A DNA stretch of 64,000 bases from an uncultured Bacilli bacterium (GTDB lineage: Bacteria; Bacillota_I; Bacilli_A; RF39; UBA660), in the NCBI GenBank assembly GCA_934098705.1, contig CAKOPC010000002.1, positions 26,990 to 90,989 on the forward strand. Direction: 5' to 3'. Positions 39,003-48,557 of the stretch are shown in pieces. The position numbers and the translations under genes were made by a program. Positions within the stretch are counted from its first letter, which is position 1; every line of letters starts with the position of its first letter. Under the pieces are notes generated by a model. That model ran no database searches and was not told the origin of the DNA. It worked only from the letters and a program-made list of their open reading frames with translations.

Positions 39003-40864
39003 GTACTATCACCAACCTTAAAAGCAACAAGTCCAAAACCTAAATCATTTAAACTCTTTATAGTATTTATAATATCTTTATCACTTGCTATATTAATAGA
39101 GGTTAAATACCCACCATTTAAATATTTATTATAAATACTAACACTATCTAATTTTTTTAGATTGTTAAATTCTATTATATTTTTATAACAATCTATATCT
39201 TTTAACATATTACTATATATTGTTTTATCAATATTAACAAAGTAATTAGTAGCATCTTCAAAGTATGCAAAACTTAATTTAAAATCAAGTTTTAAAGAAT
39301 CAGTATACTTATAAAGCCATGTTTTTATATATTTTAAAATTCTATCTTGTGATACCAAATCCTTTTCTATATCAAGAAATTTTATCATTTCAAGAAACCC
39401 TGAAAGATTAATAACTAATATACCATTTTTTATTATTTTTCTTATTTTTTGACCCTTTTCAAGTCTTTCATCATCATAGATATTACCATTAAAAAGTACT
39501 TTGTAATTATCTTTTGTTTTATCACCTAAAGTTTCAAGTACAACATCAAGTTCACATTTTATATTCTCTAAAGTTTCTAAAAGTTCACTGTAAAAAGCCT
39601 TATTTAACTTTCTATACTTTAATCCTAATCTTGCCATATTTAAAGATGTAACAGCAAGTACCATATTATTTTTACTTTCTAAACATATACCATTACTAAA
39701 ATATAAAGTATTGTTACTATAATTTAATTTAATATTTCTATTTATTTTTATTAAAGTTGCAACTCTTTCTAACATAGCATAACTATTTAATAAATAATTA
39801 TTAACATTAAATATAAAACATATATTGTTATATGAATTATTCTCTATAATTTTTAAAATATAATTTAAAATAATGTTATTATCTTTAAAACTTAAATTAA
39901 ATGTATATTTATAATTAAAATATGTATTATTAATACCATTAAATAACTGTTCCATATTGTTGTATAAGTCATTTAAAACTTCTGTTTTTGATAAAGATAA
40001 TGTTTTTAAAAATATATTATAAATATTATCATTTATCAAAAATTCATTAAATAACGATATAGAAGTATCAAAAGATGTTATTTTTGCTATAGTATCATCA
40101 AGTTTTTTAATATTTATAAATTCTAAAAATCCAAACATATTTAAATTTTGTTTTAATCTAATACTAAAATTCTCTTTATAAAAACAAATTGCTTTAGATA
40201 AAAATATATTGTCTATATCATTTACTAATATTTCTTGTGCTGTTTCTAAACTTGCTTTTGTAAGTGATAAATAAAGGTCTAAAATATAATTTTTTCCAAG
40301 TTTTAAAGGGTCAATTCTTAAATTTATATATTCTAAAAATCCTAAATTAAAGGAATCTAAATCATGAATATATATTTTTCCTTCATCATGAGCTCTTATA
40401 AATTTATTATCCATCACATATGATTTTGTATATGATGAAGATACAATTTTACCATATTTTAATAATGCCTTTGTGGGAGATAAGAATTTGGTATCTGCAT
40501 CCTCTAAATCCTGAGCTACTCTTACAAATTTATGTTGTTTTTTAAGTGTAAAAGCTCTTCTTGACTCATTTCTTCTATTACGATAACTATTAAATTCTTC
40601 ATATACATCAAAAAACTTAGCCTTTTTTAATTGTTCCTCAATTATATCCTGTATATCCTCAACATTAATTGTTTTTCTATCCTTATAATTTTCCATTATA
40701 AAACTCATAACATCCTCATATACTTTATTAGCATATGACTTATCATATTTATTTGGAAAAGCATCAAATGCATATTTTATAGCAATAGCTATTTTAAGTT
40801 CATTAAAAGAAACTCTTTGTCCACTTCTTTTTACAACAACTAAACTTTTACTTAAATTTTGCAC
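38999..40864 (-). CDS. Degenerate NrdD paralog: ATP-cone + class III RNR-like core lacking the C-terminal Zn-ribbon/glycyl-radical region
   Basis: 621 aa, GTG start. N-terminal ATP-cone (VVVKRSGQRVSFNELKIAIAI...INVEDIQDIIE). Core alignable to the adjacent NrdD (AHDEGKIYIHDL vs AHRDCTFHIHDL; VLAVTSLNMARLG vs IGVVTINMPRIAYL). No CC loop, no CxxC...CxxC, no RxxGY. Stop overlaps the nrdG start (ATGA). Confidence 0.6.
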   Translation of the reverse strand: MQNLSKSLVVVKRSGQRVSFNELKIAIAIKYAFDAFPNKYDKSYANKVYEDVMSFIMENYKDRKTINVEDIQDIIEEQLKKAKFFDVYEEFNSYRNRRNESRRAFTLKKQHKFVRVAQDLEDADTKFLSPTKALLKYGKIVSSSYTKSYVMDNKFIRAHDEGKIYIHDLDSFNLGFLEYINLRIDPLKLGKNYILDLYLSLTKASLETAQEILVNDIDNIFLSKAICFYKENFSIRLKQNLNMFGFLEFINIKKLDDTIAKITSFDTSISLFNEFLINDNIYNIFLKTLSLSKTEVLNDLYNNMEQLFNGINNTYFNYKYTFNLSFKDNNIILNYILKIIENNSYNNICFIFNVNNYLLNSYAMLERVATLIKINRNIKLNYSNNTLYFSNGICLESKNNMVLAVTSLNMARLGLKYRKLNKAFYSELLETLENIKCELDVVLETLGDKTKDNYKVLFNGNIYDDERLEKGQKIRKIIKNGILVINLSGFLEMIKFLDIEKDLVSQDRILKYIKTWLYKYTDSLKLDFKLSFAYFEDATNYFVNIDKTIYSNMLKDIDCYKNIIEFNNLKKLDSVSIYNKYLNGGYLTSINIASDKDIINTIKSLNDLGFGLVAFKVGDST

Positions 40865-41177
40865 TATACTGTATCACTTCCTTTTACCCTATGAGTTAAT
40901 GATAACAAAATAAATATTATAGTGCAATGTTTTTTTTGCTATTTTTTTAAAAAATATAAAATGATGTAAATTTAAAAATTTAAAAAATTAACAAAAAAAA
41001 CATTTCTTTCTATATATTGCAACAATTTAGATATAACTTTTTAATTTTGTTTGCTTTACAAAAGAAAAAATAATACTTGTCATTTAATTTTACAAACATA
41101 TTTTTTATATTTTTTTTAATGTTTATCTTTACAAAGTGTAAAAAAAAATATAAAATGAATATAGTGGTGGATGACAA

Positions 41178-42029
41178 ATGATAAAAAATGAATTAGATAC
41201 TATAAATATGGATGATATAAATGATAAGACTATAAAAAACTATGTCGAAAATTATATAACAAGAAATGATAAAGAAAACGAACCATTTATTAATAATGCA
41301 ATATTAATATCATCTTTGACATCCCTTTTTATAACCTATAAAAAAAATCCTGTTATAAGAACTAATACATCATTTAAAGATTATCTATATATAAATGCCA
41401 CTCAAAGTATGTTAAATTTAATAAATATTGAAAATAAATATGATAATATTGATCCGAAAAATATAAAAAAACAGCTAGAAAAACATTTAATTAATGGTTA
41501 TAATAATATATATGAAAATAATAAAAATAAAGATGATATTCTATTTAAATTACATATAAATAATAATGATATATATAATGTAAAAGTCGAAGATGCTATG
41601 TACATTCTAAAAGATATGATAACAACATTAATACTATATGATAACTCTTATTATGATAGATTAGAAAAACAAATATTTTTAGAGTACGATAAATTTAGCA
41701 AAACAACTCATGACATAAGTTATATTCTAAAAAAAGTAGTGGAAGCTTTAAATACCTTAAATGAAAAACTAGATAAAGCAAAAAAAGATGGTAATAAAGT
41801 TATAATTAACTACTATATAGAAAGTATGATAAAATTAATTGATAATAAAACTTCTAATATTACAAGTGATATATTTAAAGGCTTAAATCCAGAAGATAAA
41901 ATGAATTTTTGTAAAATAAGATATATAAAAGCATCATTAAAAGATGAAATGGAATTTTCAAAAAAGAAAGAACAAATAAAATTTAATAAATTTATAGGTA
42001 ACAGATATATAGTAAGTAAAAGTGCATAA
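41178..42029 (+). CDS. Hypothetical cytoplasmic protein (Asn/Lys-rich)
   Basis: 283 aa; no TM segments, no motif recognised; RBS GGTGG upstream. Confidence 0.4.
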   Translation: MIKNELDTINMDDINDKTIKNYVENYITRNDKENEPFINNAILISSLTSLFITYKKNPVIRTNTSFKDYLYINATQSMLNLINIENKYDNIDPKNIKKQLEKHLINGYNNIYENNKNKDDILFKLHINNNDIYNVKVEDAMYILKDMITTLILYDNSYYDRLEKQIFLEYDKFSKTTHDISYILKKVVEALNTLNEKLDKAKKDGNKVIINYYIESMIKLIDNKTSNITSDIFKGLNPEDKMNFCKIRYIKASLKDEMEFSKKKEQIKFNKFIGNRYIVSKSA

Positions 42030-42119
42030 AAAAAAGACCATGAATAAATAATAAAATAAACCCATAAAGAGGATTCACTTTTTTATTTAGTCCTCTTTAT
42101 AGGTTACATTTTACAAATT

Positions 42120-42788
42120 TCAAGGTCTTTTTTTTACAATATTATTAAATGATTTATAAATAAAATCTTCCTTTATTATACCTCTTACATTATTTAAAGG
42201 ATAAATAAAAGTCCTTTTTCCTACCATTACTCCAGGATTTAAAACACAACTACAACCAACATTTACACTATCGCCAAGAAAAGCTCCTACCTTCCTTCTT
42301 TTAGTATCAATATCATTTATAATAATGTTAGACTTATCAAGTTTTAAATTAGAAAGTACTGTTTGTGCCCCTAAATGCACATTAAACCCCAGTATAGAAT
42401 CTCCAACATAATTATAATGTCCTAATATAGTGTTACCAAGTAAAATAGAATTTTTAACTTCACAAAATGTTCCTATGCTAGAGCCTTTTCCAACTATTAC
42501 ATTACCCCTTATATTAGTAAAGCATTTAATATTAGCATCATCAAAAATAATACAAGGACCCTCTATCTTAACAAAATCATCTAAAGTAGCACTTTTAGAA
42601 ATCCATATATTATTATCACGTTTTATGTAAGTTTCATCTAAAGTACTGCCAAGTTTTATAATAATATCTCCTATATCATTTAATATTTCCCAAGGGTAAC
42701 TATAATTTTTTAAATAATTTAAAAAATCACAACTAGGCTTATTATTATCTAAACTTAAAATTTCTAAATTATATAAATCTTTTATCAT
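42120..42788 (-). CDS. Left-handed beta-helix (hexapeptide-repeat) acyl/nucleotidyl-transferase-like protein
   Basis: 222 aa. C-terminal hexapeptide repeats (VIVGKGSSIGTFCEVKNSILLGNTILGHYNYVGDSILGFNVHLG...). Confidence 0.5.
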   Translation of the reverse strand: MIKDLYNLEILSLDNNKPSCDFLNYLKNYSYPWEILNDIGDIIIKLGSTLDETYIKRDNNIWISKSATLDDFVKIEGPCIIFDDANIKCFTNIRGNVIVGKGSSIGTFCEVKNSILLGNTILGHYNYVGDSILGFNVHLGAQTVLSNLKLDKSNIIINDIDTKRRKVGAFLGDSVNVGCSCVLNPGVMVGKRTFIYPLNNVRGIIKEDFIYKSFNNIVKKRP

Positions 42789-42812
42789 AAAATTCCTTCT
42801 TTCTATATAATT

Positions 42813-43895
42813 TTATACAATATATTTTTTAACAACTGGTATATGTTTTAATATGTAAACAAAAATTAAAGACAAGATAAATATTACAAAAGATGCTACA
42901 AAAATACCAAAAAATGGATTGATGTTTAAAAAATAAGGCTTAAACTTTTCAACTAAATAAACATGAAACATATATATTCCCAGTATATTTGGAGTTATAA
43001 AATCTATAATTTTACTCTTTTTATTATCTATAAACATTAAAGCTAATAAAAATATACAAACTGATGGCAACATTATCAAGATATTTGAATAAGTTAAAAG
43101 TTTTTCATAATGAATATTATAATGTTTTGTTAAAATAAAATTTAATAAAATATTAATAACTAAGGGAATAATAGATAAAATGATTAAATTGTTCTTTTTA
43201 AAAGTTATATTTTTATAATTATTATAGGCAATATACCCAAATGCAAAATATCCTAAATAATAGGTACCATTAAATAATGGAACCGGATGAATAATACTTG
43301 TATTAATATTATATACACTTAAAATTATTCTAACAAATGATACTACTCCTGATAAAACAAGCCATAACTTTATAAATAATATATTGTAATTAGAATCCAT
43401 ATTTTTAACCATTTTTGATATAAAAGGTTCTGTAATATAAAGTCCTATTATGGCATACATATACCATAGATGCCCATTACCTTTTAAATAACTAAATATA
43501 CTGCCTATAAGATATAATGGATTATTAACATGATTTATAAAATAATAAAATATAGTCCAAAAGGTAAGAATAGTAATAAGTCTTATTATTCTTTTTCTAT
43601 ACTTTACTTTGTCAAAATCTCTACCTAATAAACATGCCCCACTTATCATAAAAAATAAAGGTACACAAACTCTTGATATTATATTTATAGAAAGTAAATA
43701 AAAATAAGGAACATCATTTATATTTGGATAAAGTCTTAAATACCTACTTGAAACATGTATTAAAATTACTAAAAATATAGAAATTACTCTTAAAACTTCA
43801 AGCCTATTATCTTTTTCTTTTATATAATTACTGTCTTTATACTTTAAATTATTATTATTATTATTATCATTTTTATTTTCAATTTTATCCTTCAT
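42813..43895 (-). CDS. Acyltransferase-3 family integral membrane protein (OatA/OafA-like O-acyltransferase domain)
   Basis: 360 aa, ~10 TM helices, N-terminal poly-Asn tract; LRVISIFLVILIHV... matches the Acyl_transf_3 topology and N-terminal motif. Confidence 0.55.
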   Translation of the reverse strand: MKDKIENKNDNNNNNNLKYKDSNYIKEKDNRLEVLRVISIFLVILIHVSSRYLRLYPNINDVPYFYLLSINIISRVCVPLFFMISGACLLGRDFDKVKYRKRIIRLITILTFWTIFYYFINHVNNPLYLIGSIFSYLKGNGHLWYMYAIIGLYITEPFISKMVKNMDSNYNILFIKLWLVLSGVVSFVRIILSVYNINTSIIHPVPLFNGTYYLGYFAFGYIAYNNYKNITFKKNNLIILSIIPLVINILLNFILTKHYNIHYEKLLTYSNILIMLPSVCIFLLALMFIDNKKSKIIDFITPNILGIYMFHVYLVEKFKPYFLNINPFFGIFVASFVIFILSLIFVYILKHIPVVKKYIV

Positions 43896-44188
43896 AAAAT
43901 TATTACCTTTCTTTTTTATATAACATAACTACTAATTAAGCTAATTATCAGTGAAACAATTTTAAATAATAATAAATTTTAATTATTTCTTTTTCAAATT
44001 ATTTCACTGTAATAACTCTTTTTTTTAAAATTTATATACAAATTAGCTTGTTATATTGGTATATTATAAATTAATTATAAACAAAAGTTTTTAAAAAAAC
44101 AAGGATAATAAAAACTATAAAAATAGTATTTAATATTAAAAATTAATATAAAAATTATTTTTTTATCATTTTGAAAAATAAATTTAGT

Positions 44189-44971
44189 TTAAATGTTTAA
44201 TTTTAATTTATCATATGGTATAAGAATATTTTTATCTCCATAATAATATGGTCCTATTTGGTACCTTGGAAAATATATAATTAAACCATCTTTAGAAAAT
44301 AAAAAATTTTGAAAATTATCTTTAACAGGAAGTGTTCCCTCCCTTAACCAATTTTTTAAATCCTGTCTTTTATATAAATTAGTATTACTGAAAGTATCAT
44401 AAATATATTTAGACATATCTTGTAAAATATTAGGATTTATATTTATTAAGTCCTCTATTGTGATAAACTTATCATTTTCTTTATCATAACAAATTGTATA
44501 TATTAAATGAATAGGATGAGCTCCTTTTGTATAACTTTCTGTGAAAAAAATATAGGAAATAAATGATGATTTATAAAATCCTTGGTAATTAATAATTAAA
44601 TAATATGTAGTTTTATTACTATTTAAGGTAATTTTTTCAAAATCATTAATTTCACCGTTTATAAATTTTTTTATTTTCTTATTAAGTTTTTTATAATCAG
44701 TCGAAGGATAAATTATTTTCATAGTATTAACATTTGGATCTATAATTTCTATTTTTTGTCCGTTATGAGATAAAAAATGATTTATTGCTATTAATACTAA
44801 TGTAGTTACAAAGATTATTATAATTGTAAATAGTATATAATATTTGAATTTACTAAAATTTGGTCCTGTTAAATTTTTATTTTTCTTGTTTGTTTTAATA
44901 TCATTTTTAGAAATTTTAAATAAACTTTTCTTGTTTGCTAAATTTTTCTTACGTTTTTTCATAAATAACAC
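44189..44971 (-). CDS. Membrane-anchored protein, possibly DUF3298/DUF4163-like (RsiV / PdaC C-terminal domain-like)
   Basis: 260 aa; basic N-terminus and one TM, then an extracytoplasmic domain with a GAHP-containing segment (YTKGAHPIH). Family assignment from memory only. Confidence 0.3.
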   Translation of the reverse strand: MLFMKKRKKNLANKKSLFKISKNDIKTNKKNKNLTGPNFSKFKYYILFTIIIIFVTTLVLIAINHFLSHNGQKIEIIDPNVNTMKIIYPSTDYKKLNKKIKKFINGEINDFEKITLNSNKTTYYLIINYQGFYKSSFISYIFFTESYTKGAHPIHLIYTICYDKENDKFITIEDLININPNILQDMSKYIYDTFSNTNLYKRQDLKNWLREGTLPVKDNFQNFLFSKDGLIIYFPRYQIGPYYYGDKNILIPYDKLKLNI

Positions 44972-45207
44972 CTTTTAAAATATTTTATGAAATGATATAA
45001 ATAAAAAGACTAATAGCGATATTAAAAATAAAGTGCTATTAATCATGAACTTTAATTATACTTATGTTTTTTTGCAAATATATAAAATATTAAGGTATAA
45101 TATAAAATTAAACAGGTTATTAAAAAAGATAGACCAAAAATTATCTATCTTCTCACCTAAACTGTAATAATTAAATAAATTAAACACTGCATAAATCTTG
45201 ACATTAA

Positions 45208-45582
45208 CTATTTTTTATAAATTTTATTGTAATACTTTGTAATATCTTTTTTGGAGTATATAACATCTTGTCTATCATTTTCAAGTTTTATATAAGAAAT
45301 ATTAGGTATTTCATCTGTTATATATTTAAGTAAACAAAGTTCTGCAATACCAAGGTCTAATTTTTTAAACTTTTCATTATCTAAACTTTTAAATAAATTA
45401 TCAATTCTAATTTGAAAATCACCACAGTCAAAATACTTATTCCTAGCATTTTTTAGATTTAATGCTCCTGAAGCTTTGTATTTTAAATCAAAATATATTG
45501 TTATAACATCATCTTTAAATATTTCTATACCTGTTATTTTCTTTTTATAACCTAATAATAACATACTTATTATTCCTTTCAA
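45208..45582 (-). CDS. Hypothetical protein
   Basis: 124 aa; no motif recognised. Confidence 0.35.
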   Translation of the reverse strand: MKGIISMLLLGYKKKITGIEIFKDDVITIYFDLKYKASGALNLKNARNKYFDCGDFQIRIDNLFKSLDNEKFKKLDLGIAELCLLKYITDEIPNISYIKLENDRQDVIYSKKDITKYYNKIYKK

Positions 45583-45645
45583 CTTAGTATCAGCTTAATA
45601 AATTTTAATAAAAAAACTAGATTAAACCTTATCTAGAATTTAAAA

Positions 45646-45719
45646 ATGGCAGGGGCAGTAGGAATCGAACCCACATCAGCGGTTTTGGAGACCGTTATTC
45701 TACCGTTATACTATGCCCC
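45646..45719 (-). tRNA. tRNA-Trp (anticodon CCA)
   Basis: Minus-strand sequence AGGGGCAUAGUAUAACGGUAGAAUAACGGUCUCCAAAACCGCUGAUGUGGGUUCGAUUCCUACUGCCCCUGCCA. 7-bp acceptor stem (AGGGGCA/UGCCCCU), U8, T-arm GUGGG-UUCGAUU-CCUAC, anticodon loop CUCCAAA, encoded 3' CCA. Confidence 0.85.
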
Positions 45720-45805
45720 TAAAAACATGTTACAAGATAATTTTATATTAAAACTTCTAAAAAATCAAGAGATTACATAAAATTTATTATAATAATGGAG
45801 GTATT

Positions 45806-46234
45806 ATGGCTATAGTACAGTTTACAAAGAAAGAAAAAGAATTACTAGCAAGACTTATGCGTGCCGAAGCATTAGGAGAAGGAGATTTAGGTATGTTGAT
45901 GGTTGGTAATGTCATTATAAATCGTGTAATTGGAGATTGCCTAGATTTTAAAAATGTAAGGAGTATAAATGATGCTGTATATCAAACACCAGGTGGTTTT
46001 TCTGGAGTTAATTCATCACTTTTTGTAGGAGTACCAACATCAAAAGAAATAAGTTTAGCAGAAAGAATACTAAGAGGAGAATATTACCACCCTGCAACCC
46101 ATGCTTTATGGTTTTATGCACCAAAACAAGGAGATACCTGTGTAAATCTTTGGTACGGGCAAAGAAATTCCGGAAGATATAAAAATCATTGCTTTTATAT
46201 ACCAAATGAAGGAATATGTAGACAACTTTACTGA
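45806..46234 (+). CDS. Cell wall hydrolase, SleB/CwlJ-like (Hydrolase_2 domain)
   Basis: 142 aa. LLARLMRAEALGEGDLGMLMVGNVIINRV is the hallmark N-terminal motif of SleB/CwlJ-type cortex-lytic / cell-wall hydrolases. Confidence 0.7.
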   Translation: MAIVQFTKKEKELLARLMRAEALGEGDLGMLMVGNVIINRVIGDCLDFKNVRSINDAVYQTPGGFSGVNSSLFVGVPTSKEISLAERILRGEYYHPATHALWFYAPKQGDTCVNLWYGQRNSGRYKNHCFYIPNEGICRQLY

Positions 46235-46256
46235 TACATATTCCTTTTTTAGTATT

Positions 46257-47645
46257 TTATTCAGGTATTATTAAAATTTGTCCTATAGAAAGTTCATTAC
46301 TTGTTAAATTGTTAACGGTTTTAAGTTTGTCAACAGTTGTATTATTCTTTTTAGCAATGCTCCATAAACTATCGCCACTTACTACCTCATAAGTTTCATA
46401 ATTTTCTGTTTTTGGAATAAGAAGTTTTTGATTTATTGTTAACATATTATCAGTCAAATTGTTATACTCCTTTAGCTCTCCAACAGTTATATTGTATTTT
46501 TTAGCTATAGACCATAAACTATCACCTGTTTTTACAATATAAGTTATTTCATCATCTAATGAGTCATCTGCTGGTTTTGGAATTAAAAGTTTTTGGCCTA
46601 TACTTAATACATTGCTTGTAAGATTATTAGCATTCTTTATTTCATCAACTGTTAAACCGTTTTTTAAAGCAATGCTATACAAACTATCACCTTTTTGGAC
46701 TACATATATACCATCATCTACTGTATCTTTTTTTGGAATTAGTAGTTGTTGATTTATAGATAATGCTGTTGTACCAAGTTTATTTAATTTTATAATGTCA
46801 TCAACATCAACTGAGAATTGTTTTGCGATTTTATATAGGCTATCGCCTTTTTGAACTGTATATACTAAAAAATCTGTAATTTCTGTATCTTCTTCCTGAG
46901 TAGGTATTTTAAGTGTTTGTCCTATTTGAAGTAGGTTACTTGATAAATTATTTGCTGTTATAAGGTCATTTACTGAAACATTAAATTTATTAGCAATACT
47001 CCATAAACTATCGCCCTTTTGGACTACATAAACATTGCCACTACCTTTAGGTGGTGTATAATTATACCCAGCATACTCTGCTATAGCTTTTACTGCAGCT
47101 TCAACATAATCTAAATTGTGTTTTTTTAATTGTTCTACATCATCACCTTTGGAATCTAAAAAACCATACTCAATTAAAATAGTTTCAATGTCCCCAGTAT
47201 CACGCATAATGTAATAGTAATCTTTGGATGGATCACTTGGAAGTCTTCTTTGATAGTACTTTCTTGTGTTTTGACCTGCTCTGCCAATATTTTCCAGTAC
47301 TGATTTAGCAAGTTTATCATTATTTCTTAAAGCATAAATTACTTCAGCACCATCGCCACCCCCAGCATTTAAGTGATTAGACACCACAATAACATCTTTA
47401 CTATTACCATAAGCATTACGCATCCTCTTTATCCTATCTTCTCTTGACAAATCCTCATCATAACTTCTAGTTAAAGTTGTAGGTATCCCAAGTTCCTTAA
47501 ATCTATTATACATATATAAAGAATTATTTAAATTGTAATCCTTTTCAACAATACCATTACCACTTGCACCAGCATCACTTCCACCATGTCCCGCATCAAC
47601 AACAATACCCTTTGCTTTTCTTAAATAATCATTCATGTATATCAC
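46257..47645 (-). CDS. N-acetylmuramoyl-L-alanine amidase (Amidase_3) with five C-terminal LysM repeats
   Basis: 462 aa. N-terminal MurNAc-LAA domain (GIVVDAGHGGSD...GN), then five ~45-aa LysM repeats (Y.V.KGDSL..IA.K..V....L...N.L....L..GQ.L.IP). Confidence 0.85.
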   Translation of the reverse strand: MIYMNDYLRKAKGIVVDAGHGGSDAGASGNGIVEKDYNLNNSLYMYNRFKELGIPTTLTRSYDEDLSREDRIKRMRNAYGNSKDVIVVSNHLNAGGGDGAEVIYALRNNDKLAKSVLENIGRAGQNTRKYYQRRLPSDPSKDYYYIMRDTGDIETILIEYGFLDSKGDDVEQLKKHNLDYVEAAVKAIAEYAGYNYTPPKGSGNVYVVQKGDSLWSIANKFNVSVNDLITANNLSSNLLQIGQTLKIPTQEEDTEITDFLVYTVQKGDSLYKIAKQFSVDVDDIIKLNKLGTTALSINQQLLIPKKDTVDDGIYVVQKGDSLYSIALKNGLTVDEIKNANNLTSNVLSIGQKLLIPKPADDSLDDEITYIVKTGDSLWSIAKKYNITVGELKEYNNLTDNMLTINQKLLIPKTENYETYEVVSGDSLWSIAKKNNTTVDKLKTVNNLTSNELSIGQILIIPE

Positions 47646-47705
47646 CTAAAATAATATATGACAATAATAAATTAAGGTGCAGAAAAACACTAACTGAAAT
47701 AAAAA

Positions 47706-48323
47706 TCACAAATTAAGCACATCATTTATTATACATCTAACCTCAATAACTCTTTTTTCCATAAAGTTTGGATGATCCTTAAACCATTTTTTATTAAGAG
47801 GTGAAGGATGAGGAAGTACAATAGCTAACTTTTCATTAATATAATTATTTTTGAAAACCAAATCATTAAAATTTTCATCTGGAAAAAACACCTTAGCAGC
47901 CTTTGCTCCAACTATTATATAAATTTTGTTCTTTACATATTTAATTTCATTTTTAACCCAAGTATCATAACAAATTTTAGGAGGCATTCTATCATTACCA
48001 TGACTATCTTTTCCAGGATAGCAATGTGCAAGTGATGTAATATAAAAATTATCAGGATTATAAAAAATATTATCATCAATTTTATACCACTCATATTTTA
48101 ACTTTTCCCCAGATTTATCCGTAAAAGGCTTCAAAGTAAAATCAACTGTTTTTGATGGAGCCTGACTTATTTGAACTATTTTAGAATATTCATTACCAAA
48201 AACTACTGGATGAGGTGTAAAACCAAATTCATCTTTACACAAAACACATTTCTTTAAATTACAAATAAATTCTTCAAAATTAACATTCTTCATAAAACAC
48301 CTTTCAACATCTTTTACCATCAA
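47706..48323 (-). CDS. Uracil-DNA glycosylase superfamily protein
   Basis: 205 aa; motif-B-like HPSPLN near the C-terminus and a motif-A region FGNEYSKIVQISQAPS (variant of GEAPG). Confidence 0.55.
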   Translation of the reverse strand: MMVKDVERCFMKNVNFEEFICNLKKCVLCKDEFGFTPHPVVFGNEYSKIVQISQAPSKTVDFTLKPFTDKSGEKLKYEWYKIDDNIFYNPDNFYITSLAHCYPGKDSHGNDRMPPKICYDTWVKNEIKYVKNKIYIIVGAKAAKVFFPDENFNDLVFKNNYINEKLAIVLPHPSPLNKKWFKDHPNFMEKRVIEVRCIINDVLNL

Positions 48324-48557
48324 TTTCCAAAAAAAATTGGTAAAAATTTACAAATAAAATTATAACCTCATGTAAACAAAAAGACAACTCATAAATAGCT
48401 ATAGTCCTCTTAAAATCATAGTGTCAAGGTCATAAAAATTACCAAATTTTACCAATTTTTATACATTTAAAATTATTAAATCAAAAGAAAATATTTAAGT
48501 AATTACCTTACAAACAAAGTAAATCATCAAAATATTTTTAAAAACAAGCACCCTATT

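Noticed and set aside
42430-42630. 66-aa plus-strand ORF inside the hexapeptide-repeat gene
   Set aside because: Antisense shadow ORF.
27487-43895. Poly-Asn / Asn-Asp-Lys low-complexity tracts (linker in 27487..28695; N-terminus of 42813..43895)
   Set aside because: Consistent with the genome-wide AT bias (AAT/AAC codons) rather than a functional repeat. Noted only as slipped-strand-prone sequence.
46008-46205. 65-aa minus-strand ORF inside the SleB-like hydrolase gene
   Set aside because: Antisense; the plus-strand gene carries a clear family motif.
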